Part shown: piece by piece, positions 1 through 11,963 of the stretch | Position numbering within the stretch: the stretch's first letter is position 1 | Layout of the letters: every line of letters begins with the position of its first letter | Assembly (NCBI GenBank): GCA_030704615.1 | Contig: CM060731.1 | Span: 51,956,001 to 52,020,000, forward strand | Length of the DNA: 64,000 bases | Reading direction: 5' to 3' | DNA from: Takakia lepidozioides | Lineage: Eukaryota > Plantae > Bryophyta | Program-made: the position numbers and the translations under genes | Notes under the pieces: generated by a model | Seen by the model: the letters and a program-made list of their open reading frames with translations, nothing else | What the model was told of the DNA's origin: nothing | Database searches by the model: none

Positions 1-1624
1 ATATGCAGTGTGCCGACCAGTCCCATCCTCATGTACAGTCGGCCATCTTTAAATGTTATGCATGGAGAGTAAGGAAAACATAACATTTACAGATATATAA
101 CAAGTAACCGTAAAGGAGGGAAAAATATCCTACCCTAACAATTATAAAGGTCACACTTAACGAGGTCCACTAGATGGAAAGTAACATTTACACATTAATT
201 TAAATTAAAATAAGAAAAAGGCCCCTTTGTCTAAAATTGGATGTCCTAGCAGTGTGCAATTCTTTTTGAATTTATAAACATTTTGAATGCAAAAGAGTAG
301 TGTCTTGAGGTTGTTGTTCAATGTAAAGTTGAATAGTATGTAGTGTGGAATTAACTCCTGAAAATAATACTGCGGACTCTTGTGGAATTAAAATTTCGTC
401 TTCGTCGTGCTCCTCGACTTCTTCCAGTGGACCAACCATGTCCCAAATCTCATCATCGTTTGGTTGAAATTTGAAATGGCTCGTTTAAATCAAACTGAGC
501 CTCAAAATTAAGAAACTCCAAGACATCCATGGTCGGAACCTCAACATCATGAAGGACAGAAAGCTCAGCGAACTGGTGCAAAAGTCCATCAATTTCATCC
601 AACTCTACATTTGTACTTGATCTACATCACCAATCTCCGTTGCGGATAGCCCATCCAGGTTCGGCATTTGAAACAAGCCACAATGCCTCCAACAATGCCT
701 AATGGTATCAGAACTTACCCTCAACTTACATAGATGCGCCACCAACCAATCGGAGGTTCTACATCCCACCAACTAATTGGAGGTGTATAAATGACATGTA
801 ACAAATATAGAGGGTGGTTTTACACCATAGAGAGTATGACTTTCCTAACATTTAACAAATAACACTCTTTGACTCTTTCCTAGTGTAATATTCTACATAG
901 TATAAAAAACGTAACAATAAAAGAGATATAACATATACGGAGGTAACATTTAAAGAGGGTCGACTGTAGTCTTCTGAACAGACCAGGTAGTCTGCCAACT
1001 ACCGTAGTACCTTGGCAACTTCGACACAAATTTTAATATTTCAAAGATTGTTGAAATTTTTGGAAATTGATTTTGAGAAATCAATGAACTTTGTGAATGA
1101 TAATAAAGCTATTCCATATGTTGAAATGAAATTCTCAAAATAAAATAAATATTCGACATATGATTGTTGAGCTCGCCAAAGCAGCTTAGCTACGGCGTGA
1201 GCCCAGCCCCGTGAGCTTGGGAGCTGAGCTCACGTTGTAGTTGCAAAAAGAGGAATATGAAAATATGGCAGATTTGAGCTCAGAATGATTGACACACTTT
1301 ATTTCAATTCACAGATAGACGCTTACACTGAATGGCATGTGCATTTTGCCCTGGTTCCGCGAACGAAATGTATGTGTTTGTCCTAAATGCAAAGTCTTTA
1401 CACGGTAACCTGGAAACCAGCATGGGAAGTGGGCATGGCTCGTATGTGTTCAAAGAGAATTTGGCGGAGCCCTACGTGAGGTGTCTCGCTGCAGAAGGGT
1501 GATTACTTCTCCGTAGCCTAGTGTGGCTTGGTGAATGAATTGGTCTCTCTTACCGTCGCAACACATAATTACAAGGTATATGTAATATTGATGCTTGCAG
1601 GGGACCCACTTCCCTCTCATGCCG

Positions 1625-2754
1625 TGTCGCGCGCTTTTTACTCACCCATCCCTTCGCTATCCGAGGCGGAAACTCCAAGATAGAAGAGTTGGAAATCTCT
1701 AAGTACTCAGCCCGCTCAGAACAATCAGTCATGACCTACAGCTAGTGTATCATGGGGGTGTTTCCTATTTGTTTTCCTTTCCGCATTCATGTTAGCTAGC
1801 TACCTTACTATTGATAATTGAGTATCAGTTTGCTCATCAACTCATCCATTCATTCCACAGCTTCACTCAGATCTCTCTACACAGTGTGATTGTATCGTAT
1901 AAGTATCAGATTATGATTTATCAGGTATCAGGCCGAAGCCATTGTGTCTCTAATCTCCTCTACAATATCACTACAGCTTTGCATATAACAAGCATTTACT
2001 AATCATCTCTCCTCCTTCACCGTGCTCTCCATGCTTGCTTTCGTTCTTGCTCTCCGCCCGATCCCCTCTCATCCATCACCAAGAATCCTCCCCCTCCAGT
2101 GCTTCCAAGATTTCCCCTTCTCAGTCATTGCTTCCCCCTTTATCTTCCTACCCGTGGCTCTAACCGTTTCCCTCACTAACCGTCGTCCGTGAACTAACAT
2201 GTTCCATTTGCAGGTGTTGTTCCCCACAGTCGTTCCCTGTCCTGCTATCCGTTCCCTATGGTCGTGACAGCTGTGTCAAGCTGTGACTGGCTGTGTGAAA
2301 CTGTGACGGGCTGTGACTGGATGTGCGACTGTGTTTGGCTGTGTCGGACTGTGACTGGCTGTGACGACTGTGACGGGCTGTGTTGGCTGTGTCGGCTGTG
2401 ACGACTGTGACGGGCTGTGTGGGCTGTGTGGGCTGTGACGGGCTGTGATGGCTGTGTCAGCTGTGATGACTGTGTTGGCTGTGTTGGCTGTGTCGGCTAT
2501 GACGGACTGTGTTGGCTGTGAGAGGCTGTGTTGGCTGTGATGGCTGTGTCGGCTGTGACGACTGTGATGGGCTGTGTTGGCTGTGTCGGCTGTGACGACT
2601 GTGTTGGCTGTGACGACTGTGACTAGCTGTGTAACCCCTCTCTGCAGTGCGCTGTTATCACCCCTAAGGCTCCTGTTGGTCTCAGTCTGTGCAAAAATTA
2701 AGGGTACTCCTCAGATCCCGTAAAAATGTCTAAGTCCCTGGCAGTCCTCTAACA
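1625..2754 (-). mobile_element. Solo LTR of the Gypsy family, with 5-bp TSD TGCCG
   Basis: TG...CA ends; TGCCG at 1620-1624 and 2755-2759; near-identical in layout to the LTR at 62554-63535; no PBS or PPT adjacent. Confidence 0.95.
2268..2632. repeat. Degenerate 9-10 bp minisatellite (GGCTGTGAC/GGCTGTGTY) in LTR U3
   Basis: Visible tandem units; the same array recurs with different lengths in every LTR copy. Confidence 0.95.
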
Positions 2755-5274
2755 TGCCGGGAACGCCCTCACGCATCGTTACAAAATCCGGACAAGTGCA
2801 CGTAGGGAAATTCCCCACGGTAACCTGATATTCTTTGCCATGAAGAACTGAGCCAATAGACAGCACTGTGTAAATCCGTCCATACCCTGGGGCAGGGACT
2901 TCGGTGATACGAGTCACCCGAACCTGCAAAATTCTAGCCGATTCCATCTTGCATTCGTGATCTGCACCCGAAGCGACACGGCGCACTATTTTTCCATCTC
3001 TTTTTGTTGGGTGGGAGTTGGCACCGGGTGGAGGCATTGCCGGAGCATGTGGCACATCTGTGCCGACAGTGCATGAGGACACCACCCGGGACCGTGCAAG
3101 ACAGAACCCTCCCTCCTCCAGCATGCTTATCTCGGTTGATGACAACGACGTCCCAAGTTTCACAGGCCAAATTGCGGGGGGGGGGGGGGGCTTCATTATC
3201 ATCGAAGGACAAACTGTTCCCTTGACGCATCGTGCCATATCGTCTGGGCAGAACCAGAACTTGTGGTCCTTTGACTCCCCACTATGATAAGGTCGGAACA
3301 ACCCTGTGAATGTTGGAGCTGGAGTTCCCCTGGAGCCTTTGCATATTTTTTATTTGCATTTCTTGAAAGAGGGGGTCCGAATTGCCATGCAAGCCACTCT
3401 AGGTCCTGGTGGGGTGCGTTTTATATGCCACCCACTATCAATGCAATCAGATTCATGCACCATGGCCACCACCTCCTCCAATGGGATTCCTGCTGTTGTG
3501 CTTGCATGATCTGCACCTGCTCCACTGGAGGAGGACCCACCTGGGAAAGGGCGGGCACATGACTTAGTCTGCACTGGAGACACCCTTGGTACAGAGAAAT
3601 TGACCCTGTCCGGCCGATGGGAATCTCCATCCGACCCTGGAGGAGTGTTCAATTTCCTTTTGCATGATCCAAATCTTTCCTCGCCTTCCAAATGGGGGAG
3701 CCTGGATTGCAAAGGGGAGCCTTCAGTGCACTCGTTCAGAGCTCTGGCCATCTTCGATGGGTCTCCGGACCTACTCGCAACCCTTAGCATCAACAAAGTT
3801 GTATCAGGGCCCTTGCCTCCGCCCCGTCCCATCAGAAAATTGCGGTACCTGGTTTGTTGTGTAAGTGCCCGCACCATGTCATCAGCAGTGGCCACATACA
3901 AGTCACGTCCTGCTTTGGTAGACTGCTGCATCCAGGCATTGTGAACAGTCTCCGCCAAATTACATGATGGCATGTCGGCCAAGTCCTCCAAGGACATGTC
4001 CTGCAGGAGGCATTGCATGGAAATGTGAGGAACGAAAGGAAATGGAAGAGGTTCTGTAAGTGACAATCCAACAACCCCAAATGAACAGGCATGATGCAAA
4101 GTGAAATTTGTGTTTCTGGGATTGAAGAGGCTTACCGTCGTCATGAAAGCTCCCCATTGTCTGTACCTGAAGTGCCAGAAAACCAATCAGTCCTCCAACT
4201 CCTTCAGGTGGATACCAGTAGCAGCACCAGAGGAGAACCACCAGCCCGGATTGCTTGGTAAGTGCTCTCAGCTTCTCCCATTGAGGTGGCATTTTTGTAC
4301 TTGAGGCAGAGCCTTCTGTGCTCCAACTGAAGGTTAGGGCGAATGCAGCGCATTGTATGACGTGCCAGAGATTGACTCCAATGGAAGAGGCATGTGCGCT
4401 CCCTATTTTCCATTGGGACCTTAGGATCCCCCGAACCAAACACACGTCGCACTGCATTGAGATTTGTCTGTGCACTATTAGCCATGAAGCCCGCAAAATT
4501 TGTGTTCTGTATTCCATTACGCTGCATGACGGCCTGGAGCGAATTCCACATGAGCATCTGGGATTCAGTGTCCTCCGACTGCATATCACAAATTGCTATG
4601 GAGAGCACACGTTGGTACGCTGGATCGTACACATGGCACGCCATGGTTGTCCAACCCTTCACCCGTTTGCAGTGATCAAACATTAACCAACATTTTGCCA
4701 AATCTCCTCCAGGTTGCATTTGGCGGACAATGCTCACACCACTGCCTTCGCCCACTGTGGACATCTTGAACAAATACACCTTGGACGAGCCCTGGCCAGG
4801 GAAGATACTGTTTTGAATGAATTCATAGCGACTCCTCCGTTTGAGGTCCATAATGTTGTCCATGAATCCAGCAGTGCCTGTGCCCATTCTGAGTGCATTC
4901 ACCTGGTTTTGAATATTGGGAGAGTTCAACACGGAGAAATGGTCCATCACTGCCTCAAGCAAATCTGCATCCAGCATTGGTTGTGTCGCATCCCCTTCAC
5001 CCAGTATGTGTTTTTCCAGGAATGCCTTGCTAGCTGCAAGCACTATAGCAAAAGGTGTTGCACAAGGGGCATTGTGGAACTCCCGCTTCAGCAGATTTTT
5101 AGCGATGTCCACGCTATCCCTACAACTTCCTTTGGACACAGGATGCTCGTGTGTACCCATATGAATGCAGGCATGAGTCATTTTTTTGCATCGGTGTGCC
5201 ACCTGGTACATACGAGCGTGGCACACAAAAACACAAGACGGGGAAAGTTTGCAGAACCTAAGGGGATCCACCCC

Positions 5275-5354
5275 AACAGAACGGATTGGGATACAAAGTT
5301 GCTGACAGCTTTGTGGTCAGGACTTCATATAAAGTCACCAGTAAGTATACACCA
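5275..5354 (+). mobile_element. ~80-bp integrase fragment of the same Gypsy family in opposite orientation
   Basis: Encodes NRTDWDTKLLTALWS/RTSYKVTSKYTP, the reverse complement of ~10620-10703. Confidence 0.9.
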
Positions 5355-6159
5355 TGTCGAGCGGCTTTTACTCACCCATCCCTTCGCTATCCGAGGTGGA
5401 AACTCCAAGATAGAAGAGTTGGATATCTCTTAGCACTCAGCCCGCTCAGTACAATCAGTCATGACCTGCAGCTAGTGAATCATGGTTGTGCTTCCCCTTT
5501 GTATTCCTTCTTGCCTTCATGTTATCAATTTACCTTATCTGATACTGAAGCATCAGTTTGCTTCAGTATCTTCTTAGTTCCAGTTAATCATGCATTCATT
5601 TCACAGCTTCACTCATGTCTCTCTACACAGTGTGCTTGTATCGAATAAGTATCAGATTACGATTTATCAGGTACTAGGCCAATGTCAAGTGACTCTAATC
5701 CGCCCTACAGTATCACTGCAGCTCTGCATGAAGTAAAGCATCTACTGTTCATCTCTCCTCCTACTCCGTGCTCTCGTTCTTGTTCTCCGCCTGATCTCCT
5801 CTCCTCCATAACCATGAAGCGCTCCCCCGTGAAGTGTCCTTCTTTCCGTTGCCGCTCTCCTTATCTGCCCCCAAGCTGTTCTAACCATCTAACTAATTAA
5901 CCGTCATCCCTCACAGTTGTTCCCTACCAATGATAACTGTTCCCTATGTACTGTGACAGGCTGTGTCAAGTTGTGTCGAGCTGTGACTGGCTGGGTAAGG
6001 CTGTGTCGGGCTATGTCGGCTGTGCGAAGCTGTGGCGGGCTGTGTGGCTGTGTCGGGCTGTGTCACCCCTAAGGCTCCTGTTGGTCTCAGTCTGCGCAAA
6101 AATTAAGGGTACCCCACAGGACCCGTAAAAGCGTCTAAGTCCCAAGCAGCCCTCTAACA
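5355..6159 (-). repeat. 3' LTR
   Basis: TGTCGAG...CTCTAACA on +, adjacent to the PPT. Confidence 0.95.
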
Positions 6160-6163
6160 TTTA

Positions 6164-6177
6164 CCCCTCCCCCTCTC
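6164..6177 (-). other. Polypurine tract
   Basis: GAGAGGGGGAGGGG on -, just before the LTR start TGTTAG; same sequence at 51756-51769. Confidence 0.9.
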
Positions 6178-6198
6178 AAAAAGCCGTGTCCTCACGGT

Positions 6199-9100
6199 TT
6201 ACTGTTTGGGATTAGCAAACTTTTGTGAGCGAGCACCCTTCGGACGGTGAGAGTCTCGTGAAGGACTCCGTGTGCGAGCCCGAGTCCTGTCACTGGTTGA
6301 CGGAGATGATTGAGCACTACCTGGAAATGTCAGTCCCTCCTTTGGCTGATATCGATGTAACCTCTCAGGCATAGGAGATCCCCGTCGTTTCTTCTCTGCC
6401 ATCTGAATTGCATAGTCATCTGCCATGTCAAAAGAGTCCGCTGAAGAAACAGTAGTATCAGAGTCTTCGTCGCCCCTCAGGTGTTTTAACGGCCGAACTT
6501 TAAGTGGAATTCTGTGTGGCATACAATGTGGTCCGACCATGTCTGGAAGTTTAAATTGCACAACTTGTGCGCATGATCTGGTAGTAATGTGCCAACGACT
6601 GCGGAGGACTAAATTCCTTCCAAGCCAAATCCAACACAATGGGAATTTGGTTGAAGGGCATAATCATAGCCCGACTGTACTCCCGTGCAGCAGGAGTCTT
6701 AGGTGGGTTAAAAGCAGCATCCCCCCATACCTCAGGCTGTGGTGTGGCTGTTGTAACAACAGGTCAGCTACCGGCACAGTCACTTGTTGTGGTATTGGTA
6801 ACACTGGCCCTTCCACCACTGGCATCTCCAGCACCCCTTGCGAAGAAGACTGAAAAATTAGAGTTCTGGCCTGTAAATAAGTAGCCATCAGCTGCTCCTC
6901 AGGTACAAAGACTCTCTTGTCAATATTGGAAGTCAGGTCATCCACCTGAGTTTGCAGGCCTTCTACATCCTCTTGTAGCTCCGCTATCCTACTATAGACA
7001 TTATCTATAGTAGTTGTGGCAATGTTCTACACCTGCAGTCTGAGCTCATTCATCTCGCCCTGGGTGAGCTTCCGTGGTGCTTTACCTTCCACCAGCCCTT
7101 GTGCTAAGCAGACCTGCATAAGGTGGTTATCCACCAAGTTGTGTGTAGCACCCCTGAGAGTCTGCTCCTCTGTGAGCCTGTACACATCTAACTGCTGCTG
7201 TAAAGCCTCCATACGCTTCGCATGAGGTTCAACCAAACTCGCATAGGCAGCAGCCAGATTATTGGCTTCCTTCCGAGCTTTGTTAGCCACAGAGAGTTCA
7301 TTTCTATTTACCATGACCATTTGTTGCAATTCCAAGATGTACCTCTCTTGGTCAGCTTCAACCTGCCTGTATTGCTTGAAAGTATTCTCATTGCGACAGA
7401 TTGTATTCTTCATATCAACAATGAGTTTCGTCTGCTCGACATTCTCTGCCTCTGCCTTCATTAATATCTCCCATTGTCTGTTAATTTCTAATGTAGTTTG
7501 CTGAAGAGTAGTTGTGAGTGTAGCACATTATATGGCCATCCTCTCATGTACTGTGTGCAACTCCGTATGTAGTGCATTCACTTCTTGCAACTTGTTCTCA
7601 TGCTTCACCTGCATTTGGTATAGCTGTTGCTTATGTGCTTCGTGTAACTGGTCCTGCGCGAGGCCTGCTTCAATCAAATGTTCCTTGGCCAACTGCAAAG
7701 CAGCTTTTGTATCCTCTAACTCTTGCTGTAACTTGAGAGTGACCTCCTCATCGACCTTGTTTGCACACTCAGTGGCAAGGCGAGCCTCGAACCCCTTCCT
7801 GAGCTCCTCCCTCAAAGCTGCCAATTGGGTAGATGGAACATGGGATTTCACATAAGTGCCCAACAAATTAAGTGTCCTGCTTATGGAACTCATAAGCATG
7901 GCCTGCTGAGGATCATCATGGTGAGCTTGCTGCTGCTCTCCCTGATCCTCAACAATGTAATGCCTCACGAACCATTCAGGCCATTGCCCCACCAGATTTT
8001 CTTCCTGAACCACCTCATCCGCCACAGGTGCTGAAGTGTCTTGATATTCTACCCCTGGTACCTCCGTCACAGGTGTGGGTATTACATGCACAGCAGGGTT
8101 TCCCCTGGACAACCGCTGCACCTCTGGAATCACTGTTTCCCTTACCAAGCCAGAATTTTCATAGAAAAGGTCTCCCTTCTCAATTTCGGCCACGACCTGC
8201 TCTGTAGTGGGAATGTCCAACCTTTCTCCTTCCAGAGCAATTGGGAGTGATGCTACAGCATATACTAACTGTGCAACAGAGTCAATTGGTTGTGGTGGCT
8301 GTGGTATTGAAGTGACTTCCTCTTCCCTCTCTGAAGGCCATGCTTCCAATAATAGCAGCTCTCTGTGCTGCTGTGCCCCTTCCTGCACAAGAGCTTGGGA
8401 AACATTATCGTGCGGTTTCCGTGAAGCCAGTGGATCCGCCACTACAGTCTTACCCCGCCTCTGTCTCTTAGACTGGTGTTGCGCTGTCAGTCCACCCTCA
8501 CTGTGTGAAGAGCCTTGCTCTTCAATTGCAGTGGTTTCTGCCTCAAACACTCACATCTCCCTACGTTCCCGAGTATCAAGTATGCAAGAATCAAGAATTA
8601 TTTGGGCAATGACTGGTCCGGACACAATGATTGGAGACTTAGCAGCAGTACCCTGTAACCTCTTCATTTCGTCCACCAATCCGTTGTACATTAACTCCGC
8701 CCAAGCGACATCCTCTCCCCTCAAAGCTTTTAGGATCTCCTCTGTGAAAGACCTGCTCAAATACTGTTGGTTCTGTTTCATGACAAACAGAACGTTCAAG
8801 ATTTGGCCAACTTCCCTAAGCCCTGGGTACTCGGCTTTGGTACAAGCAAAACCTTGAGTTTTAAAGAAACTCTCTTCTTGGAACAAATTCCCTATCTGCA
8901 ATCTTGCCCTGTGCTCATCCACATCCACATGTCCTGATGGCAAATCAAACAATTGCTGCAGGTACTAGGGAGTAATTTCTATATCTACTCCCCTCACCTG
9001 AGTAACTCCTGTCCGAGGCTCAAAGTTCTGAAGAAATTGTATCATGAACTGCCGATGATGCAAGGACCAGTCCTTGCGTAGCAATCCCTCCAATCGCAGC

Positions 9101-9201
9101 TCCTTCAGTAGCTACACCACATGTGGTGTAGCAATCGTTTGCTTCTGTAAGATTGTGGTGCTCTTCACCCTGATATCCTCCATTCCTCTCACTCTCTTCA
9201 T
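6199..9201 (-). pseudogene. Extra 3' ORF (Athila env-like N-terminal domain plus coiled coil), fragmented
   Basis: ORF pieces 8551-8952, 7528-8550, 7027-7461, 6664-6945 and 6199-6639 are collinear with the second copy at 51791-55344; motif QFLQNF...VRGVDIEITP..L..LF.LP; lacks ~530 bp present in copy 2. Confidence 0.75.
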
Positions 9202-9911
9202 TCTAGACAAACAGAAAGGTTTTGGTTGCAACAACTGAAGAAACGCCTGCAGGGCACAAAGCATAAAAGTATGGTTGGCGCAGAATGAAATGGGTAAGTG
9301 CTTGTAAGCCTGTGGGGCTTGCAAGTATCGATTTAGAGAAAAGGTACTCTCCGCTCGTCCGTCCTTGTGCCACTGCGTAAGTAGTAATGTGAGTGTGTAG
9401 TCTGTTATTTCCGCCATAGCGTCAAAGCTATAGCTTTGATTGTCTCTCCCGTCGAGACGCCCGTTACTTGGAACGACGCCGACTCTTGCGCTCAGAATCC
9501 CTCTAAATTCTTGATTTTGCTTCTTGGAAAATACCCTGTGCAGGTGATTCTGGCTCATGATTGGCTGTTGGCTCTGTGATTGGTTTTGTAATTTAATTCC
9601 CTTCCGTGGATTTTCCCCCCTGGACTGTCCACTAGGATAGTACATGTGGCATTGGTTTCCCTTTTCTGAACTCGAAAAGGGTTCCGTTACCCTGGCACTG
9701 AATGCATTAATGGGCCCACAATTAGTTGTTGTACCGGGTAGGTACTTTGACGGCCAATTTTGTCTTCTTTCTTGATGACACCCGTTCTTGCAATTCATGT
9801 CCGGCTGTGTGTCTCGCCCTGGCGTCCACGTGTCCATTTCTAAACCTGCCTCCGTCCACTTTTCCGCCAGCCATTCTTCGGATGTTAACCCACGTCCACC
9901 TGTCACTGATC

Positions 9912-11963
9912 CTATGGACTGTGTAACCCCGGTAGGCTGTGTTGAGCTGTGATAGGCTGTGTGGCACTGTGATGGGCTGTGATAGGCTGTGTCACGCTGT
10001 GTTGGGTTGTGATAGGCTGTGTTGGGTTGTGATAGGCTGTGTGACACTGTGATGGGCTGTGATAGGCTGTGTCACGCTTGTACTGCCCGCCCTGGTCATA
10101 TACGCTCGGCTTAGCGACAAGTGCTCCATACTCCGTTGGTACCATTGGCGCAGCCCGTGACTGCTTCTGCGTTTCAACATGCAAATCGTGCTGCAATGGT
10201 TTGTCATGGATACCACTGTACCCCTTCAACTTATTGGCATCAACTCTTCCCAGCATCTCTTTGTTAATGGTTTGTAACATGGCTGTGTTGTTATCATACA
10301 TCTTCTGTATGACATAAGGTCCTTTCCATGGTGATTTAAGCTTAGAAGCTTTAATCTTCCCCTTCTTCTGCAACCAGAGAACCAAATCTCCCGTCTTAAA
10401 AGTTTTTAACTTGTTTTCGTCAAACTGTTCCTTCCTTTTCATCTGAATTCTGGTCATATTATCAGCTGCATCAGCACGTACTTCTTCCACATGGTATAAT
10501 TCATGTTTCCTGACCTTAATGGAATCTTGCAATTCCATTCTCTTTCCCCACTCCGTTCTCATGGTAGGTAACAGGAATTCCACTGGAAATAAGGTTTCCA
10601 TACCATAAACTAATTGGAATGGTGTATACTTAGTGGTGATTTTATATGAAGTCCTATATGACCACAAAGCTGTCAGCAGCTTTGTATCCCAATCCGTTCT
10701 GTTTGCATTGACTATCTTAGCCAAGATAGTACATAGTATTTTGTTGGTAGCCTCTACCTGCCCATTACCTTGTGGGTAATACGTTGTACTCTTCCTATGC
10801 ACAATCATGAACTCTTTAGTCAATAGTTCAATGGTCTCATTAATGAAGTGACTTCCCTGGTCACTGATAAATTCCAAGGGACAGCCAAATCGTGTAAGTA
10901 TGTTCTCATACAGGAACCTTGCTGTGGACTTGGCTGCGTTGTCCCTCAAAGCTTTAGCTTCCACCCACTTCGTAGTATAATCAGTGGCTGTAATTATGTA
11001 CTTGTTCTGTGTATTCTTGGCCGGTGGGTTAATTGGTCCAACAAAGTCTAGTCCCCATTTCTGAAATGGTTCAGTAGGCATTGTAGAATGCAAAGCCATC
11101 TTCCCAGATCTCTGCAAAGGTCCTAGCCTCTGACATTCATCACAACTCTGACAATACTTGTGTACATCTTTGAACAAAGTAGACCACCAGTAACCTGCAA
11201 GTAGTATCTTCCTACTGGTAGTCTCTTCTCCAAAATGACCTCCAGCCACTCCTTTATGAACTTCCTCCAAAACTTTATTTACTTCATGGTGGTACAAGCA
11301 TCGTTTAAGTACTCCATCAGGTCCTAGCTTATACATTATGCCCCCTATCATAGTATAGGGTAAAGCTTTGATAGCGATTCTCTTCCTCTGCTCCTTACCA
11401 TAACTAGGTGGGCTCTGACCATGAGTAAGGTAGTATCTGATTGGCCACTGCCAATATAACCATTCATCTGCACTTCCTTGCACCTCCATTGCAAATAAAC
11501 TCGCATCAGGTAATTGGTCGTCTACTCCTGTGGCGGCCTCTCCTGTTGTTAGGCGTGACAAATGATCTGCCACAAGATGCAAACGGCCAGGCTTGTAAAC
11601 AACTTTGAACTCAAACTCGTGCAAGATTATTAACCACCTCGCTATCCTTCCACTTATCAAAGGTTTGTTCACCAGATATATCAGAGCCTGGTGATCCACA
11701 TAAAACATAAACTTTCTTCCCAATAGGTAATGCCTGAATTTCTTGACTGCATAAATCATTGCCAGTGCTTCTCTTTCAGTTGTGCTATAGTTCCTTTCAG
11801 CACTGTTCATCAACCTGCTAGCATAGTACACAGGTGAATCTATATTTCCTGTAACATTTTGGGCTAACACTGCTCCCAACGTTTCTCCTGAGGCATCACA
11901 GTGAACATGAAATACTACATGCCAGTGAGGGTTAATCAGCACAGGTGTAGTTGTTACTGACAA
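9912..11963 (-). CDS. Gypsy pol: RNase H plus integrase (open segment)
   Basis: CDASG...NYSTTEREALA...VDHQAL (RH); H..GGH...CDEC zinc finger; WGLDFVGP, ISDQGSHF, GNGQVE; PWKGPY (GPY/F); no chromodomain. Confidence 0.95.
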   Translation of the reverse strand: MSVTTTPVLINPHWHVVFHVHCDASGETLGAVLAQNVTGNIDSPVYYASRLMNSAERNYSTTEREALAMIYAVKKFRHYLLGRKFMFYVDHQALIYLVNKPLISGRIARWLIILHEFEFKVVYKPGRLHLVADHLSRLTTGEAATGVDDQLPDASLFAMEVQGSADEWLYWQWPIRYYLTHGQSPPSYGKEQRKRIAIKALPYTMIGGIMYKLGPDGVLKRCLYHHEVNKVLEEVHKGVAGGHFGEETTSRKILLAGYWWSTLFKDVHKYCQSCDECQRLGPLQRSGKMALHSTMPTEPFQKWGLDFVGPINPPAKNTQNKYIITATDYTTKWVEAKALRDNAAKSTARFLYENILTRFGCPLEFISDQGSHFINETIELLTKEFMIVHRKSTTYYPQGNGQVEATNKILCTILAKIVNANRTDWDTKLLTALWSYRTSYKITTKYTPFQLVYGMETLFPVEFLLPTMRTEWGKRMELQDSIKVRKHELYHVEEVRADAADNMTRIQMKRKEQFDENKLKTFKTGDLVLWLQKKGKIKASKLKSPWKGPYVIQKMYDNNTAMLQTINKEMLGRVDANKLKGYSGIHDKPLQHDLHVETQKQSRAAPMVPTEYGALVAKPSVYDQGGQYKRDTAYHSPSQCHTAYHNPTQPITTQHSVTQPITAHHSATQPITAQHSLPGLHSP
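9915..10056. repeat. Internal copy of the LTR-type GGCTGTG minisatellite
   Basis: GATAGGCTGT/GTTGGGTTGT units overlapping the end of pol; also at 56113-56250. Confidence 0.9.

Larger units (their letters stand above)
1450..5271 (-). pseudogene. Mutator-like (MULE) transposase copy 1, 5'-truncated, SWIM domain split by a solo LTR
   Basis: GCM/WRKY-like C...C...HEHP; DDE region WLMFDHCKRVKGWTTMACHVYD...GFMANSA...CLFHW (second D appears as N); GT-AG intron 4001-4135; SWIM half CTCPDF on the 3301-2755 side resumes across the LTR as MRGKWVPCKHQYYIY to a TGA at 1450-1452; frameshifts. Confidence 0.85.

Noticed and set aside
703-714. TGGTATCAGAAC, resembling a tRNA-Met PBS
   Set aside because: One mismatch, no preceding LTR-terminal CA and no recognisable gag downstream
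955-1290. Possible terminus of MULE copy 1 (GAGGGTCG..., GAGC-rich motifs)
   Set aside because: No partner TIR or TSD in the window
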